In this document: in pieces, positions 48,583 to 58,553 of the stretch | Numbering within the stretch: the stretch's first letter is position 1 | How the letters are laid out: each line of letters begins with the position of its first letter | Source of the DNA: an uncultured Flavobacteriaceae bacterium | GTDB taxonomy: Bacteria > Bacteroidota > Bacteroidia > Flavobacteriales > Flavobacteriaceae | Reading direction: 5' to 3' | Assembly (NCBI GenBank): GCA_964386915.1 | Contig: CAYLUQ010000005.1 | Coordinates: forward strand, 25,572-89,571 | Length of the DNA: 64,000 nt | Notes under the pieces: model-generated | What the model saw: the letters and a program-made list of their open reading frames with translations, nothing else | The model's database searches: none | Told to the model about the DNA's origin: nothing | Program-made: the position numbers and the translations under genes

Positions 48583-49980
48583 ATGAAAAATTTTATACAT
48601 GACCATTTCTTGCTCCAAAACAAAACGGCAGAAATGCTCTATCACGATTTTGTATCCCAACTTCCTATAATAGATTATCACAACCACTTGCCCCCCCAAG
48701 CTATTGCAGAAAACAAACAATTTGAAAACATAACAGCCCTTTGGCTAGATGGGGATCATTATAAGTGGCGTGCCATGCGAACACTGGGAGTGAATGAGAA
48801 ATTCATCACAGGAAATGCCTCCGATGCCGAAAAGTTTAGTGCCTTTGCAGCAGCTACACCAAGCATGATTTGCAATCCACTTTATCATTGGACACATTTA
48901 GAATTAGCACGCTATTTTAATCATTTCGAATTGCTCTCTGAAAAAAATGCACAAGCAGTGTATGAGCATACCACCCATTTGGTGCAACAACCCGAATATA
49001 GCACTCAAAATTTATTGACTCGCATGCAGGTTGAATCACTCTGCACAACAGAAGACCCTATTGATAGTTTAGTATACCACCAACAAATAGCTGCCTCTGA
49101 TTTTTCGGTCAAAGTGAGTACGGCTTTTCGACCAGACAAATCGGTGTTGATTGATGCCCCAAACTACAATGACTATTTGGATCAACTAGCGGAAGTGGCA
49201 CAACAAGAAATTAACTCTTATGATGCGCTTTGTGAGGCACTCCTAAAGCGAATGCAATTTTTTCATGATAAGGGGTGTCGACTGTCAGACCACGGGTTGA
49301 ATTATATACCCTTTAGAACGGCCTCCGCTCAAGAAATCAATTCTATTTTTGCGAAAAGAAGAAAAGGAGCTAACCTTAGTTTAGAAGAATCAGAACAGTT
49401 TCAAACCGCGCTTTTGGTCTTTTTAGGCAAAGCCTATCATCAAAAGGGCTGGGTACAACAATATCACCTTGGTGCTATGCGCAATAACAATAAAAGAATG
49501 TTCCATAAACTTGGTCCCGATACGGGATGGGATTCTATTGGAACCTATCCCATAACCGAAACGCTTTCGCGCTTTTTGGATGAACTCGACCAAAATGATC
49601 AACTAGCCAAAACCATTCTTTATAACCTCAACCCAGCAGACAATGCCATGATGGCCTCCATGATTGGCAATTTTAACGATGGTTCTACCATAGGAAAAGT
49701 ACAATGGGGATCTGGCTGGTGGTTCTTAGATCAACTAGACGGCATGACCGAACAGATGAAGACCCTTTCCAACATGGGCATCATTAGTTGTTTTGTGGGA
49801 ATGTTAACCGATTCGAGAAGTTTTTTATCGTATCCAAGACATGAATATTTCAGACGATTGGTATGTCATCTCTTTGGAACCGATATGGAAAATGGTCTGT
49901 TGCCCAACGACCCAGAATGGATTGGAAAAATTGCGGCAGACATTTGTTATCATAACGCAAAAAATTACTTTAGTTTTTAA
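48583..49980 (+). CDS. uxaC: glucuronate isomerase
   Basis: FLLQNKTAEMLYHDFV..PIIDYHNHL and DGDHYKWRAMR; 465 aa. Confidence 0.94.
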   Translation: MKNFIHDHFLLQNKTAEMLYHDFVSQLPIIDYHNHLPPQAIAENKQFENITALWLDGDHYKWRAMRTLGVNEKFITGNASDAEKFSAFAAATPSMICNPLYHWTHLELARYFNHFELLSEKNAQAVYEHTTHLVQQPEYSTQNLLTRMQVESLCTTEDPIDSLVYHQQIAASDFSVKVSTAFRPDKSVLIDAPNYNDYLDQLAEVAQQEINSYDALCEALLKRMQFFHDKGCRLSDHGLNYIPFRTASAQEINSIFAKRRKGANLSLEESEQFQTALLVFLGKAYHQKGWVQQYHLGAMRNNNKRMFHKLGPDTGWDSIGTYPITETLSRFLDELDQNDQLAKTILYNLNPADNAMMASMIGNFNDGSTIGKVQWGSGWWFLDQLDGMTEQMKTLSNMGIISCFVGMLTDSRSFLSYPRHEYFRRLVCHLFGTDMENGLLPNDPEWIGKIAADICYHNAKNYFSF

Positions 49981-50010
49981 ATTAATAGCACAACCAAATT
50001 TGAATTAAAC

Positions 50011-51051
50011 ATGCAACAAGTAGTAACTTTCGGTGAAATTATGCTCCGATTAGCCCCTGAAGGATTTCTTCGTTTTTCACAAGCCCAATCTTTTGACGTA
50101 GTTTATGGTGGAGGAGAATCTAACGTAGCTGTGTCCCTAGCCAACTATGGAATTCCGGTGAGCTTTGTGACCCGTTTACCCCAAAATGATATTGGCGAAT
50201 GTGCCCTAATGGAAATGCGCAAACGCGGTGTGAACACCGAACATATTGCACGTGGGGGCGACCGATTAGGCATCTATTTTCTAGAAACCGGAGCCGTGAG
50301 CCGAGGCAGTAAAGTAGTGTATGACAGAGCCCACTCGGCTATGGCAACCATAGAAACCGGCATGATTGATTGGAAAAAAGTTTTTGCCAACACCCAATGG
50401 TTTCATTGGACAGGTATTACACCTGCCATCTCACAAGGTGCCGCTGATGCTTGTTTAGAAGCCGTTAAGGTAGCTAGCGAAATGGGAATTACCATTTCTA
50501 CCGACTTGAATTATCGGGCTAAGCTTTGGAAATACGGTGGTGATCGCGAAGCTATCATGACCGAATTGACCTCCTATTGTGATATAATTTTAGGTAATGA
50601 AGAAGATGCTGAAATGCATTTTGGCATTAAACCCGAAGGATTAGACGTCACCAAACACGGAGACCAAGTTAAGGCAGAAGCCTTTTTATCGGTTTGCCAG
50701 CAAATGATGAAAAAATTTCCTAAAGCCAAAAAAGTTATTACCACCCTTAGAGGTTCAATTTCGGCCTCACACAACACATGGGCCGGAGTGCTTTATGACG
50801 GTTCAACCATGTTTGAAAGCAAACAATATCAAATCACCCACATAGTAGATCGTGTGGGGGGAGGCGATTCTTTTATGGGTGGACTGATTTATGGGCTTCT
50901 CACCTATCCGAATGACGATCAAAATGCACTTGACTTTGCCGTGGCAGCCTCGTGTCTAAAGCACACTATTAAAGGTGACGCTAATTTGGTAACAGTTGAT
51001 GAAGTTGCAAAATTAATGGGTGGCGATGCCTCTGGGCGTGTGGCTCGATAA
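50011..51051 (+). CDS. kdgK: 2-dehydro-3-deoxygluconokinase (PfkB family)
   Basis: VVTFGEIMLRL, GGGESNVAVSLA and the C-terminal DRVGGGDSF anion hole. Confidence 0.88.
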   Translation: MQQVVTFGEIMLRLAPEGFLRFSQAQSFDVVYGGGESNVAVSLANYGIPVSFVTRLPQNDIGECALMEMRKRGVNTEHIARGGDRLGIYFLETGAVSRGSKVVYDRAHSAMATIETGMIDWKKVFANTQWFHWTGITPAISQGAADACLEAVKVASEMGITISTDLNYRAKLWKYGGDREAIMTELTSYCDIILGNEEDAEMHFGIKPEGLDVTKHGDQVKAEAFLSVCQQMMKKFPKAKKVITTLRGSISASHNTWAGVLYDGSTMFESKQYQITHIVDRVGGGDSFMGGLIYGLLTYPNDDQNALDFAVAASCLKHTIKGDANLVTVDEVAKLMGGDASGRVAR

Positions 51052-51061
51052 ATTCTAAGTT

Positions 51062-51736
51062 ATGGCACAATATTCAAGACATCAAGTAATTAGTGAAATG
51101 CAAGAGAGCAGTTTAGTGCCCTTGTTCTATCACAAAGACGCAGCTTTAGCTAAAAAAGTTTTGGCTGCCTGCTACAAAGGCGGAGCTCGCCTATTAGAAT
51201 TTACGCATAGAGGAGATTTTGCCCATGAAGTATTTCGTGAACTTATAGACTATGCCATAGCAGAGCTTCCCGGAATGATACTCGGCGTGGGCTCTGTGAC
51301 TGATGCTGCTTCAGCTAGTTATTACATGCAAATTGGTGCTAATTTTATTGTAACACCGGTCTACAGAGAAGATATTGCCGTGGTTTGTAACAGAAGAAAA
51401 GTATTGTGGTCTCCCGGTTGTGGCACCTTAACTGAGATTGCTAAAGCCGAAGAAATGGGAGCAGAAATTGTAAAGCTTTTCCCTGGTAATATTTACGGGC
51501 CCAATTTTGTGAAAGCCATTAAAGGCCCTCAACCTTGGACAAGCATTATGCCCACTGGGGGCGTTAGCACTGACCCAGAAAATTTAAAACAGTGGTTTGA
51601 AGCAGGGGTGACCTGCGTTGGCATGGGGTCTCAATTGATTTCAAAAACGGTCTTAGCTGAGCAAGATTTTCAAAGCCTTGAGCAAACGGTTGCAAAAACC
51701 CTTGCTACCATTCAACAACTCAAAAAGAACTTATGA
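51062..51736 (+). CDS. eda: KDPG / 4-hydroxy-2-oxoglutarate aldolase
   Basis: 224 aa with LEFTHRG, VGSVTD, KLFPG and PTGGV, typical of Eda. Confidence 0.88.
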   Translation: MAQYSRHQVISEMQESSLVPLFYHKDAALAKKVLAACYKGGARLLEFTHRGDFAHEVFRELIDYAIAELPGMILGVGSVTDAASASYYMQIGANFIVTPVYREDIAVVCNRRKVLWSPGCGTLTEIAKAEEMGAEIVKLFPGNIYGPNFVKAIKGPQPWTSIMPTGGVSTDPENLKQWFEAGVTCVGMGSQLISKTVLAEQDFQSLEQTVAKTLATIQQLKKNL

Positions 51737-52707
51737 GGCGCTTACATTATCTCTTCACGCTTTTTGCCATAACCCTCCTAATGGGGTGTAGCACTGTGCA
51801 AAACAAAAGGATTATTAGACTAGGGCACGGATTAGATGTGACCCACTCTGTGCATCAAGCCATGCTTAAGGCCGCAGGATATTTAGATGAAATTTCCGGA
51901 GGCAAAATGCAACTGCAAATCTATCCCAACCAACAACTGGGTAGTGAACGCGAATGTTTAGAGTTGCTTCAAATAGGAAGCTTAGATATGACGAAAGTGT
52001 CAGGCGCCGTAATGGAAAATTTTGCCCCCAAACTGCGTATTTTTGGTTTACCCTTTTTGTTTGATAGCAAAGAACATCTTTTTAGAGTGCTTGATGGCCC
52101 CATTGGTAAAGAACTTTTGAACGAAGGAGAAAATTTCTGGCTCAAAGGACTGGGCTATTACGACTCAGGAAGCAGAAGTTTTTACACCCGCGAGCGGCCG
52201 GTACAAACCCCTGAAGACTTAAGTGGATTGAAAATTAGAGTGCAAGAAAGTGTCTCTGCTCTCGAAATGGTAAAACAACTTGGAGGCTCCCCTACTCCAA
52301 TTTCTTGGGGAGAACTCTATACTGCTATCCAACAAGGTGTGGTTGATGGTGCCGAAAACAATCCTCCTAGCTTTTACTTGTCACGACATTATGAAGTTTG
52401 TAAATATTATATCATAGACGAACACACCATGATTCCAGATTTTATTTTGGTGAGTACGCATCTTTGGAATCGACTTGAACCACAAGAACAAAAATGGCTG
52501 CAAGAAGCCGTAACTCGCTCTATACCAGATCAAAGAGAACTGTGGATTCAATCCGAAAACGAATCTCTTCAAGCGGTGATTGAAGCCGGTGTAGAAGTGA
52601 GTTATCCTGATAAAAAGCCTTTTCAAGAGGCCACCCTACAAATGTACGAGGCCTTTAAGGAAGATCCTGAAATGGCCAAATTAATTGAACGCATACGCAA
52701 TGAATAA
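51733..52707 (+). CDS. dctP: TRAP transporter substrate-binding protein (DctP family, lipoprotein)
   Basis: Lipobox LLMGCS and the DctP-like body. ATGA overlap with the eda stop. Confidence 0.88.
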   Translation: MRRLHYLFTLFAITLLMGCSTVQNKRIIRLGHGLDVTHSVHQAMLKAAGYLDEISGGKMQLQIYPNQQLGSERECLELLQIGSLDMTKVSGAVMENFAPKLRIFGLPFLFDSKEHLFRVLDGPIGKELLNEGENFWLKGLGYYDSGSRSFYTRERPVQTPEDLSGLKIRVQESVSALEMVKQLGGSPTPISWGELYTAIQQGVVDGAENNPPSFYLSRHYEVCKYYIIDEHTMIPDFILVSTHLWNRLEPQEQKWLQEAVTRSIPDQRELWIQSENESLQAVIEAGVEVSYPDKKPFQEATLQMYEAFKEDPEMAKLIERIRNE

Positions 52708-53158
52708 CTTGAGAAACACAATTGATAAAGGCGTAGAAAAAGCACTCGTTTTTATCCTATCGGCTATGGTATTAAACGTGCTCTGGCAGGTTTTTACCCG
52801 CTTTTTTACCGATTCGCCAAGTTCTTTTACCGATGAATTAGCGCGCTATTTAATGATTTGGCTTGGCATTTTAGGTGCTGCTTATGTGGCTGGACGCAAC
52901 GAACATGTAGCCATAGATGTTTTGCTGAAAAAAGCCAGTCCTACTATACAAGGGCTGCTCAACCAATTTATACGGTTTAGCATTCTAGCCTTTGCCTTTT
53001 TTGGAATGGTATTAGGAGGAGGACGTTTGGTCTATATTACCTCTAAATTAGAACAATATTCTCCTGCACTCCAAATACCCCTTGCCATGGTCTATGCGGT
53101 GATTCCCCTAAGCGGACTACTCATTGTTTTTTATAAATTAAGCCAACCAAAATCCTAA
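52700..53158 (+). CDS. dctQ: TRAP transporter small permease (DctQ family)
   Basis: About 150 aa with 4 TM segments. ATG at 52700 overlaps the dctP stop (ATGAATAA). Confidence 0.85.
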   Translation: MNNLRNTIDKGVEKALVFILSAMVLNVLWQVFTRFFTDSPSSFTDELARYLMIWLGILGAAYVAGRNEHVAIDVLLKKASPTIQGLLNQFIRFSILAFAFFGMVLGGGRLVYITSKLEQYSPALQIPLAMVYAVIPLSGLLIVFYKLSQPKS

Positions 53159-53163
53159 TTGAA

Positions 53164-54459
53164 ATGGACATACTTCCACTACTCATACTTGTTTTAAGCT
53201 TTATCTTTTTTATTGGTATTGGGACTCCTGTTGCTTGGAGCATTGCCATTTCAGCCCTGCTGACTATTATTGTTTCCCTACCCGGAATGGCTGCCGTAAC
53301 CACTATTGCGCAACGAATGGGCACGGGTCTTGACAGTTTTGCCTTATTGGCTATTCCCTTTTTTATTCTATCGGGGCAACTCATGACTCATGGCGGAATT
53401 GCTGATCGATTAATTGGCTTTGCCAAAACCATGGTGGGAGCTTTGCCCGGAGGCTTGGCACTCATCAATATTATTGCTGCTATGCTCATGGGAGCCATTG
53501 CAGGATCAGCCATGGCCTCTGCCTCTGCAATGGGTAGTATTTTGGGACCAAAAATGGAGAAAGAAGGTTACTCCAAAGAATATGGAGCAGCCGTAAATAT
53601 TACTTCTGCCACCATCGGTTTGGTTATTCCTCCCAGTAACGTACTGATTGTTTATTCTCTTGCAAGTGGAGGGGTTTCTATTGCTGCACTCTTTTTAGCA
53701 GGTTATATACCGGGAATATTAACAGGTCTCTTTTTAATGATAGTTGCCGCTATTTGGGCCAAAAGAAAAGGCTATAAAACAGCTGAAACCAGCAGTTTTG
53801 GTGAAATATTTAAAACCTTTATCGTGGCTTTTCCCAGTTTGCTTTTGCTCATCATTGTAATTGGGGGTATTGTCGCCGGGTTTTTTACTGCTACAGAAGC
53901 TTCTGCCATTGCCGTACTATATACACTAGTGTTGGGGTTTGTCTACAAAGAAATTAAACTGAAAGATCTTCCCAATATTCTTTTGGAATCTTCTAAAACA
54001 AGTGCCATTGTAATGCTGCTCATTGCAGCCTCCATGAGCATGTCTTGGATCATGTCTTATGAAAATATTCCACAAAACTTAAGTGACTTACTTTTAAGTA
54101 TCAGTGATAATAAAATTGTCATCTTACTCATTATTAATCTCCTACTCCTTTTTGTAGGTATTTTTATGGATATGACTCCTGCTGTTTTAATTTTCACTCC
54201 CATATTTTTACCCGTCGTTAAATCTATAGGCATTGATCCTATTCAATTTGGAATTATAATGGTGCTAAACCTTTGTATAGGGCTCTGTACTCCACCAGTA
54301 GGCTCTGTTTTATTTGTGGGTATTGGTATTGCCAAAACCTCCATTGAAAAAGTAATCAAGCCCTTACTTCCCCTCTTTTTTGCTATGATTCTGGCTTTGA
54401 TATTAATCACATTTTTTCCTCAATTAACCCTTTGGTTGCCTAGTGTATTTGGGTTATAA
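53164..54459 (+). CDS. dctM: TRAP transporter large permease (DctM family)
   Basis: 431 aa, polytopic, follows dctQ by 5 nt. Confidence 0.9.
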   Translation: MDILPLLILVLSFIFFIGIGTPVAWSIAISALLTIIVSLPGMAAVTTIAQRMGTGLDSFALLAIPFFILSGQLMTHGGIADRLIGFAKTMVGALPGGLALINIIAAMLMGAIAGSAMASASAMGSILGPKMEKEGYSKEYGAAVNITSATIGLVIPPSNVLIVYSLASGGVSIAALFLAGYIPGILTGLFLMIVAAIWAKRKGYKTAETSSFGEIFKTFIVAFPSLLLLIIVIGGIVAGFFTATEASAIAVLYTLVLGFVYKEIKLKDLPNILLESSKTSAIVMLLIAASMSMSWIMSYENIPQNLSDLLLSISDNKIVILLIINLLLLFVGIFMDMTPAVLIFTPIFLPVVKSIGIDPIQFGIIMVLNLCIGLCTPPVGSVLFVGIGIAKTSIEKVIKPLLPLFFAMILALILITFFPQLTLWLPSVFGL

Positions 54460-54472
54460 CGAATTTGGTGAG

Positions 54473-55939
54473 ATGAAACAACATACTGAAACAAAGCAAA
54501 AACTCTTTAAAAAAAATGATGCCCCGCTAAAAGTTATCCAATTTGGAGAAGGTAATTTTTTAAGGGCTTTTGTTGGTCACACTATTGACAAACTTAATGC
54601 ACTTGATGGAATTGATATGGGCATTGCCGTGGTGCAACCTATAGAACATGGTATGATAGATGTTCTAGAGGAACAAGGTGGGGCTTACACACTCTTTTTA
54701 AATGGAATAGTAGAGGGACAAGAAAAACAAGAAACACACCTGATTCACAATATCGTATCTACTCATAACCCTTATAAAGATTATGCAAACTATTTGGCTT
54801 TAGCCAGAAATGAGGACCTCCAATTTGTTATTTCCAATACGACAGAAGCTGGAATTGTTTTTCAGCAAGAAGATGGGTTTGAAGACACCCCTCAAAAGAG
54901 CTTTCCTGGCAAACTAACCCGCTTTTTGTGGGAACGGTTTCAGCATTTTAAGGGAGCTCCTAACAGCGGGTTACATTTTCTGCCCTGCGAATTGATTAAC
55001 TACAATGCAGATGAACTTAAGCGTTGCATTTTAGCCTATTGTAAACATTGGCAACTCGAAGATGCTTTTGTACAATGGGTAGAAAAGAGCAACTATTTTC
55101 ACAATACCCTAGTAGACCGAATTGTGCCTGGCTATCCTAAAGACAATGCCGACGCCTATCAAAAGCAACTGCCCTATGAAGATCAACTCATGGTGACCGC
55201 AGAACCCTTTTATTTATGGGTGATAGAAGGTGATGACCGCTTGGCTCAAAAATTTCCTGTGCATTTAATTGACCTCAATGTGCAATTGGTTGCAGACATG
55301 CAGCCCTATCGCACCCGAAAAGTTCGAATTTTAAATGGTGCCCATACAGCATTGGTGCCCCTCTCCATCCTTTTTGGCCATAAAACAGTAAGTGACATTT
55401 TTTCTAATTCCTTTACCCACCAATTCCTAATGGATAGTGTATTGAAAGAAATTGTTCCTACCCTAGCCATGGAAAAGGAAGAATTGATCGCCTTTGCCAA
55501 AGCTGTTTTTGACCGTTTTAAAAATCCGTTTATAAAACATTATTTGTCTAGCATTGCCTTAAATTCTATTTCAAAGTTTAAAGTAAGAGTGTTGCCTAGC
55601 TTGTTGGCCTATCAGGAGAAACACAACCAGTTGCCTGTCCATCTCACTTTTGCAATGGCTTGCTTATTGCGTTTTTATAAGGGTCAGTGGAAAGGAGAAT
55701 CATTACCCGTTCAAGACGATGCTAGTCTTGTTGCAGCCCTACAAAAAGCTTGGGAAGCACCCACAGTAGAACAATTTCTCCAAACTGTACTTGCTAATGA
55801 AACCTATTGGGGTGCTAATTTAAGTGCCAACAAACCCCTTATGCAGCAACTCAATCTTATTTTAGGACAAATAGATACTATGCCGTTAGACCAACTGTTT
55901 TCTGAGTTTAAAACCCAATTAGAAGACCAAAACGTATGA
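54473..55939 (+). CDS. uxaB: tagaturonate reductase (altronate oxidoreductase)
   Basis: N-terminal LKVIQFGEGNFLRAFVGHTID, typical of the mannitol-dehydrogenase-family UxaB. ATG at 54473 is preferred over the GTG at 54443, which overlaps dctM. Confidence 0.88.
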   Translation: MKQHTETKQKLFKKNDAPLKVIQFGEGNFLRAFVGHTIDKLNALDGIDMGIAVVQPIEHGMIDVLEEQGGAYTLFLNGIVEGQEKQETHLIHNIVSTHNPYKDYANYLALARNEDLQFVISNTTEAGIVFQQEDGFEDTPQKSFPGKLTRFLWERFQHFKGAPNSGLHFLPCELINYNADELKRCILAYCKHWQLEDAFVQWVEKSNYFHNTLVDRIVPGYPKDNADAYQKQLPYEDQLMVTAEPFYLWVIEGDDRLAQKFPVHLIDLNVQLVADMQPYRTRKVRILNGAHTALVPLSILFGHKTVSDIFSNSFTHQFLMDSVLKEIVPTLAMEKEELIAFAKAVFDRFKNPFIKHYLSSIALNSISKFKVRVLPSLLAYQEKHNQLPVHLTFAMACLLRFYKGQWKGESLPVQDDASLVAALQKAWEAPTVEQFLQTVLANETYWGANLSANKPLMQQLNLILGQIDTMPLDQLFSEFKTQLEDQNV

Positions 55940-57534
55940 GTGCCTTTTTAAAAATTAATGAATCGGATAATGTTGCGGTTGCCCTCGAAAATTTAGCGCC
56001 AGGAACTCCTTTAGACATAGCGGGTTCTAAACTTGAAATTAAAGAAACCATTCCGCTAAAACACAAATTTGCCCTGCAAGACTTTGAACCAGGAGCGCCA
56101 CTACATATGTATGGGGTATTGGTAGGTGAGGCCACAGAAAAAATCAATCAAGGAGCTTTAATATCTTTAAAAAACACCAAGCATAAAACCCAAAAAGTGA
56201 CGGGTAAAACAGCCGCCTGGGAGTGGACACCACCAAATGTTGAATCTCTAAAACAGCGGAGTTTTATGGGCTATCACAGAAAAGATGGCCAAGTGGGCAC
56301 AGCCAATATTTGGCTCTTTTTTCCTTTGGTGTTTTGTGAGAATAGAAACATTCAAAGCTTAAAAAATATTTTTGAGAAAATTTTTCACCCCACTCCACCT
56401 GATCCTTTAGAGGAATTATTGCATCATATGGTGTATCAGAAAAAAGCAAAAAGCCAAAATGAGTCTGTAAAAGCGCCTTTGGACAATATAGAGGTTCGCT
56501 TTTTGACACACCAGGGAGGCTGTGGAGGCACACGTGAAGACGCACAATCTTTAGCAGCCCTCTTAGCCGGATATGTAAACAATCCAAATGTGGCAGGAGC
56601 CACGGTATTGAGTTTGGGATGTCAAAACCTTGAGATTACTGTTTTTAAAGAGGCCTTAGCCAAAAACAAAACCGACAAACCCGTTCTAATTTTTGATCAA
56701 CAAACCGAAGGAACAACAGAACAGTTCTTAAAGAAAGTAATAGCGTCTTCGGTGCCTGAAATTATAAAAGCTAATGCCTTAGAACGCAAACCAGCTCCCC
56801 TTAGCAAACTAACCATTGGTTTAGAATGTGGTGGATCTGATGGATTTTCGGGCATCACGGCCAATCCGGCTTTAGGTTATGTTTCAGATCAACTTGCCGC
56901 TTTGGGGGGAAAAGCCATTTTAGCTGAATTTCCAGAACTTTCAGGCGTAGAGCAAGAATTGGTTAATCGTTGTGCCAATGAAGAAGCTGGGAAAAAATTT
57001 CTTCATTTAATGAAAAATTATGAAAAGGCGGCCATAGAAGCCGGATCGGGATTTGACATGAATCCCTCTCCAGGCAATATCAAAGACGGTTTAATTACAG
57101 ATGCTATGAAATCGGCTGGAGCCGCAAAAAAAGCAGGCAATGCCCCTATTCAATCCGTATTAGATTATACTGAATTTGCAAATGCTGCAGGCGTGTCTTT
57201 GTTATGCACCCCTGGCAACGATGTGGAAAGCACGACCGCCCTAGCCGGCTCGGGAGCCAATATCATCTTATTTACCACAGGTCTGGGAACTCCAACAGGA
57301 AACCCTATTACACCCGTCATTAAAGTGGCTTCTAATTCGGCGCTCATGGAACGAATGCCCGATATTATCGATTTTGATTGTGGCACCATGATTACTAAAA
57401 AAGAATCACTTGAAACCATTGGAAAGGCCCTTTTGGAATATATTATTGACGTGGCCAGTGGAACTATCAAAACAAAGGCCACCGCACTCAATCAACACGA
57501 TTTTATCCCTTGGAAAAGGGGGGTCTCTTTATAA
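55936..57534 (+). CDS. uxaA: altronate dehydratase
   Basis: SAF domain start INESDNVAVALENL, GGCGGTRED and a GD_AH_C-like C-terminus. ATGA overlap with uxaB. Confidence 0.88.
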   Translation: MSAFLKINESDNVAVALENLAPGTPLDIAGSKLEIKETIPLKHKFALQDFEPGAPLHMYGVLVGEATEKINQGALISLKNTKHKTQKVTGKTAAWEWTPPNVESLKQRSFMGYHRKDGQVGTANIWLFFPLVFCENRNIQSLKNIFEKIFHPTPPDPLEELLHHMVYQKKAKSQNESVKAPLDNIEVRFLTHQGGCGGTREDAQSLAALLAGYVNNPNVAGATVLSLGCQNLEITVFKEALAKNKTDKPVLIFDQQTEGTTEQFLKKVIASSVPEIIKANALERKPAPLSKLTIGLECGGSDGFSGITANPALGYVSDQLAALGGKAILAEFPELSGVEQELVNRCANEEAGKKFLHLMKNYEKAAIEAGSGFDMNPSPGNIKDGLITDAMKSAGAAKKAGNAPIQSVLDYTEFANAAGVSLLCTPGNDVESTTALAGSGANIILFTTGLGTPTGNPITPVIKVASNSALMERMPDIIDFDCGTMITKKESLETIGKALLEYIIDVASGTIKTKATALNQHDFIPWKRGVSL

Positions 57535-57536
57535 AA

Positions 57537-58547
57537 ATGACACATCTAAAAGTTGGCATTATCGGAAGTGGAGCAATTGCTAAAGTGCATGCAAGCTGTG
57601 TTCAAAACTACCACCAAACCCAACTTGCTGGAATGGTTTGCACAAATGCAGAACGAAAAAAAGAGTTAAAAAATGAATTTAGTTGTCCCCTCTACTCCAC
57701 TGAAGAAGAACTCTTAGCGCAACCTCTAGATGCGGTTGTTGTTTGCAACGAAAGCGGCAAACATGGTGCGAGCATCATCAAAGCAGCAAAAGCCAAAAAA
57801 CACATTCTCTGTGAAAAACCTTTGGAGGTGACACCACAAAAAATTGATACCCTATTGGCTACTGTAGCTGCTCAAGGAGTGACCCTTGGTGTGGTTTTTC
57901 AAAACCGAACGCATCCTGAGTATTTAAAATTTAAAAAGGCTTTAAAGGAGGGCGTAATTGGCACTCCCCTTTTAGCCCAAACCCAAATTAATTGGTATAG
58001 ACCTCCTAGCTATTATGAAAGTAACCCCTGGCGCGGTACACTCCAATGGGATGGAGGTGCTGCATTAATGAATCAAGGCATTCATACACTAGATTTACTC
58101 CTTGACCTTTTAGGTGATGTAGATACAGTGGGCGGCATGATAGCTACCAAACTGCATCAAATAGAAGGGGAAGATCTTGCTGTGGCACATTTAACCTTTA
58201 AAAATGGTGTTTTGGGAACCCTAAGTGGTGGCACTGCACTTTATCCGGGCTATCCCGAACAAATTGCCCTTTATGGAACCCAAGGAAGAATGATTTATGA
58301 AGCCGGAAAAATAATTGAAGCGCCTTTGGAAAGTCTAATCACCACGGCAACTTCAACTGAAAATAATAGCAATGCTACTGCTAAAATTGAAAATGAAAGC
58401 TTACATTTAAATATCCTTTCAAATTTTATTGAAGCTGTAATGGAACAGAAAGAACCTTTAGTCAATGGCTATTCAGCAAAAAAATCAGTGGTACTGATAA
58501 ATGCCCTTTATCAAGCAAGCAATACAGCAACTATAATTAAAATATAA
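57537..58547 (+). CDS. Gfo/Idh/MocA family oxidoreductase (no signal peptide, cytoplasmic)
   Basis: LKVGIIGSGAIAKVHA and ILCEKP. ATG lies 2 nt after the uxaA stop. Confidence 0.88.
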   Translation: MTHLKVGIIGSGAIAKVHASCVQNYHQTQLAGMVCTNAERKKELKNEFSCPLYSTEEELLAQPLDAVVVCNESGKHGASIIKAAKAKKHILCEKPLEVTPQKIDTLLATVAAQGVTLGVVFQNRTHPEYLKFKKALKEGVIGTPLLAQTQINWYRPPSYYESNPWRGTLQWDGGAALMNQGIHTLDLLLDLLGDVDTVGGMIATKLHQIEGEDLAVAHLTFKNGVLGTLSGGTALYPGYPEQIALYGTQGRMIYEAGKIIEAPLESLITTATSTENNSNATAKIENESLHLNILSNFIEAVMEQKEPLVNGYSAKKSVVLINALYQASNTATIIKI

Positions 58548-58553
58548 AAATAT

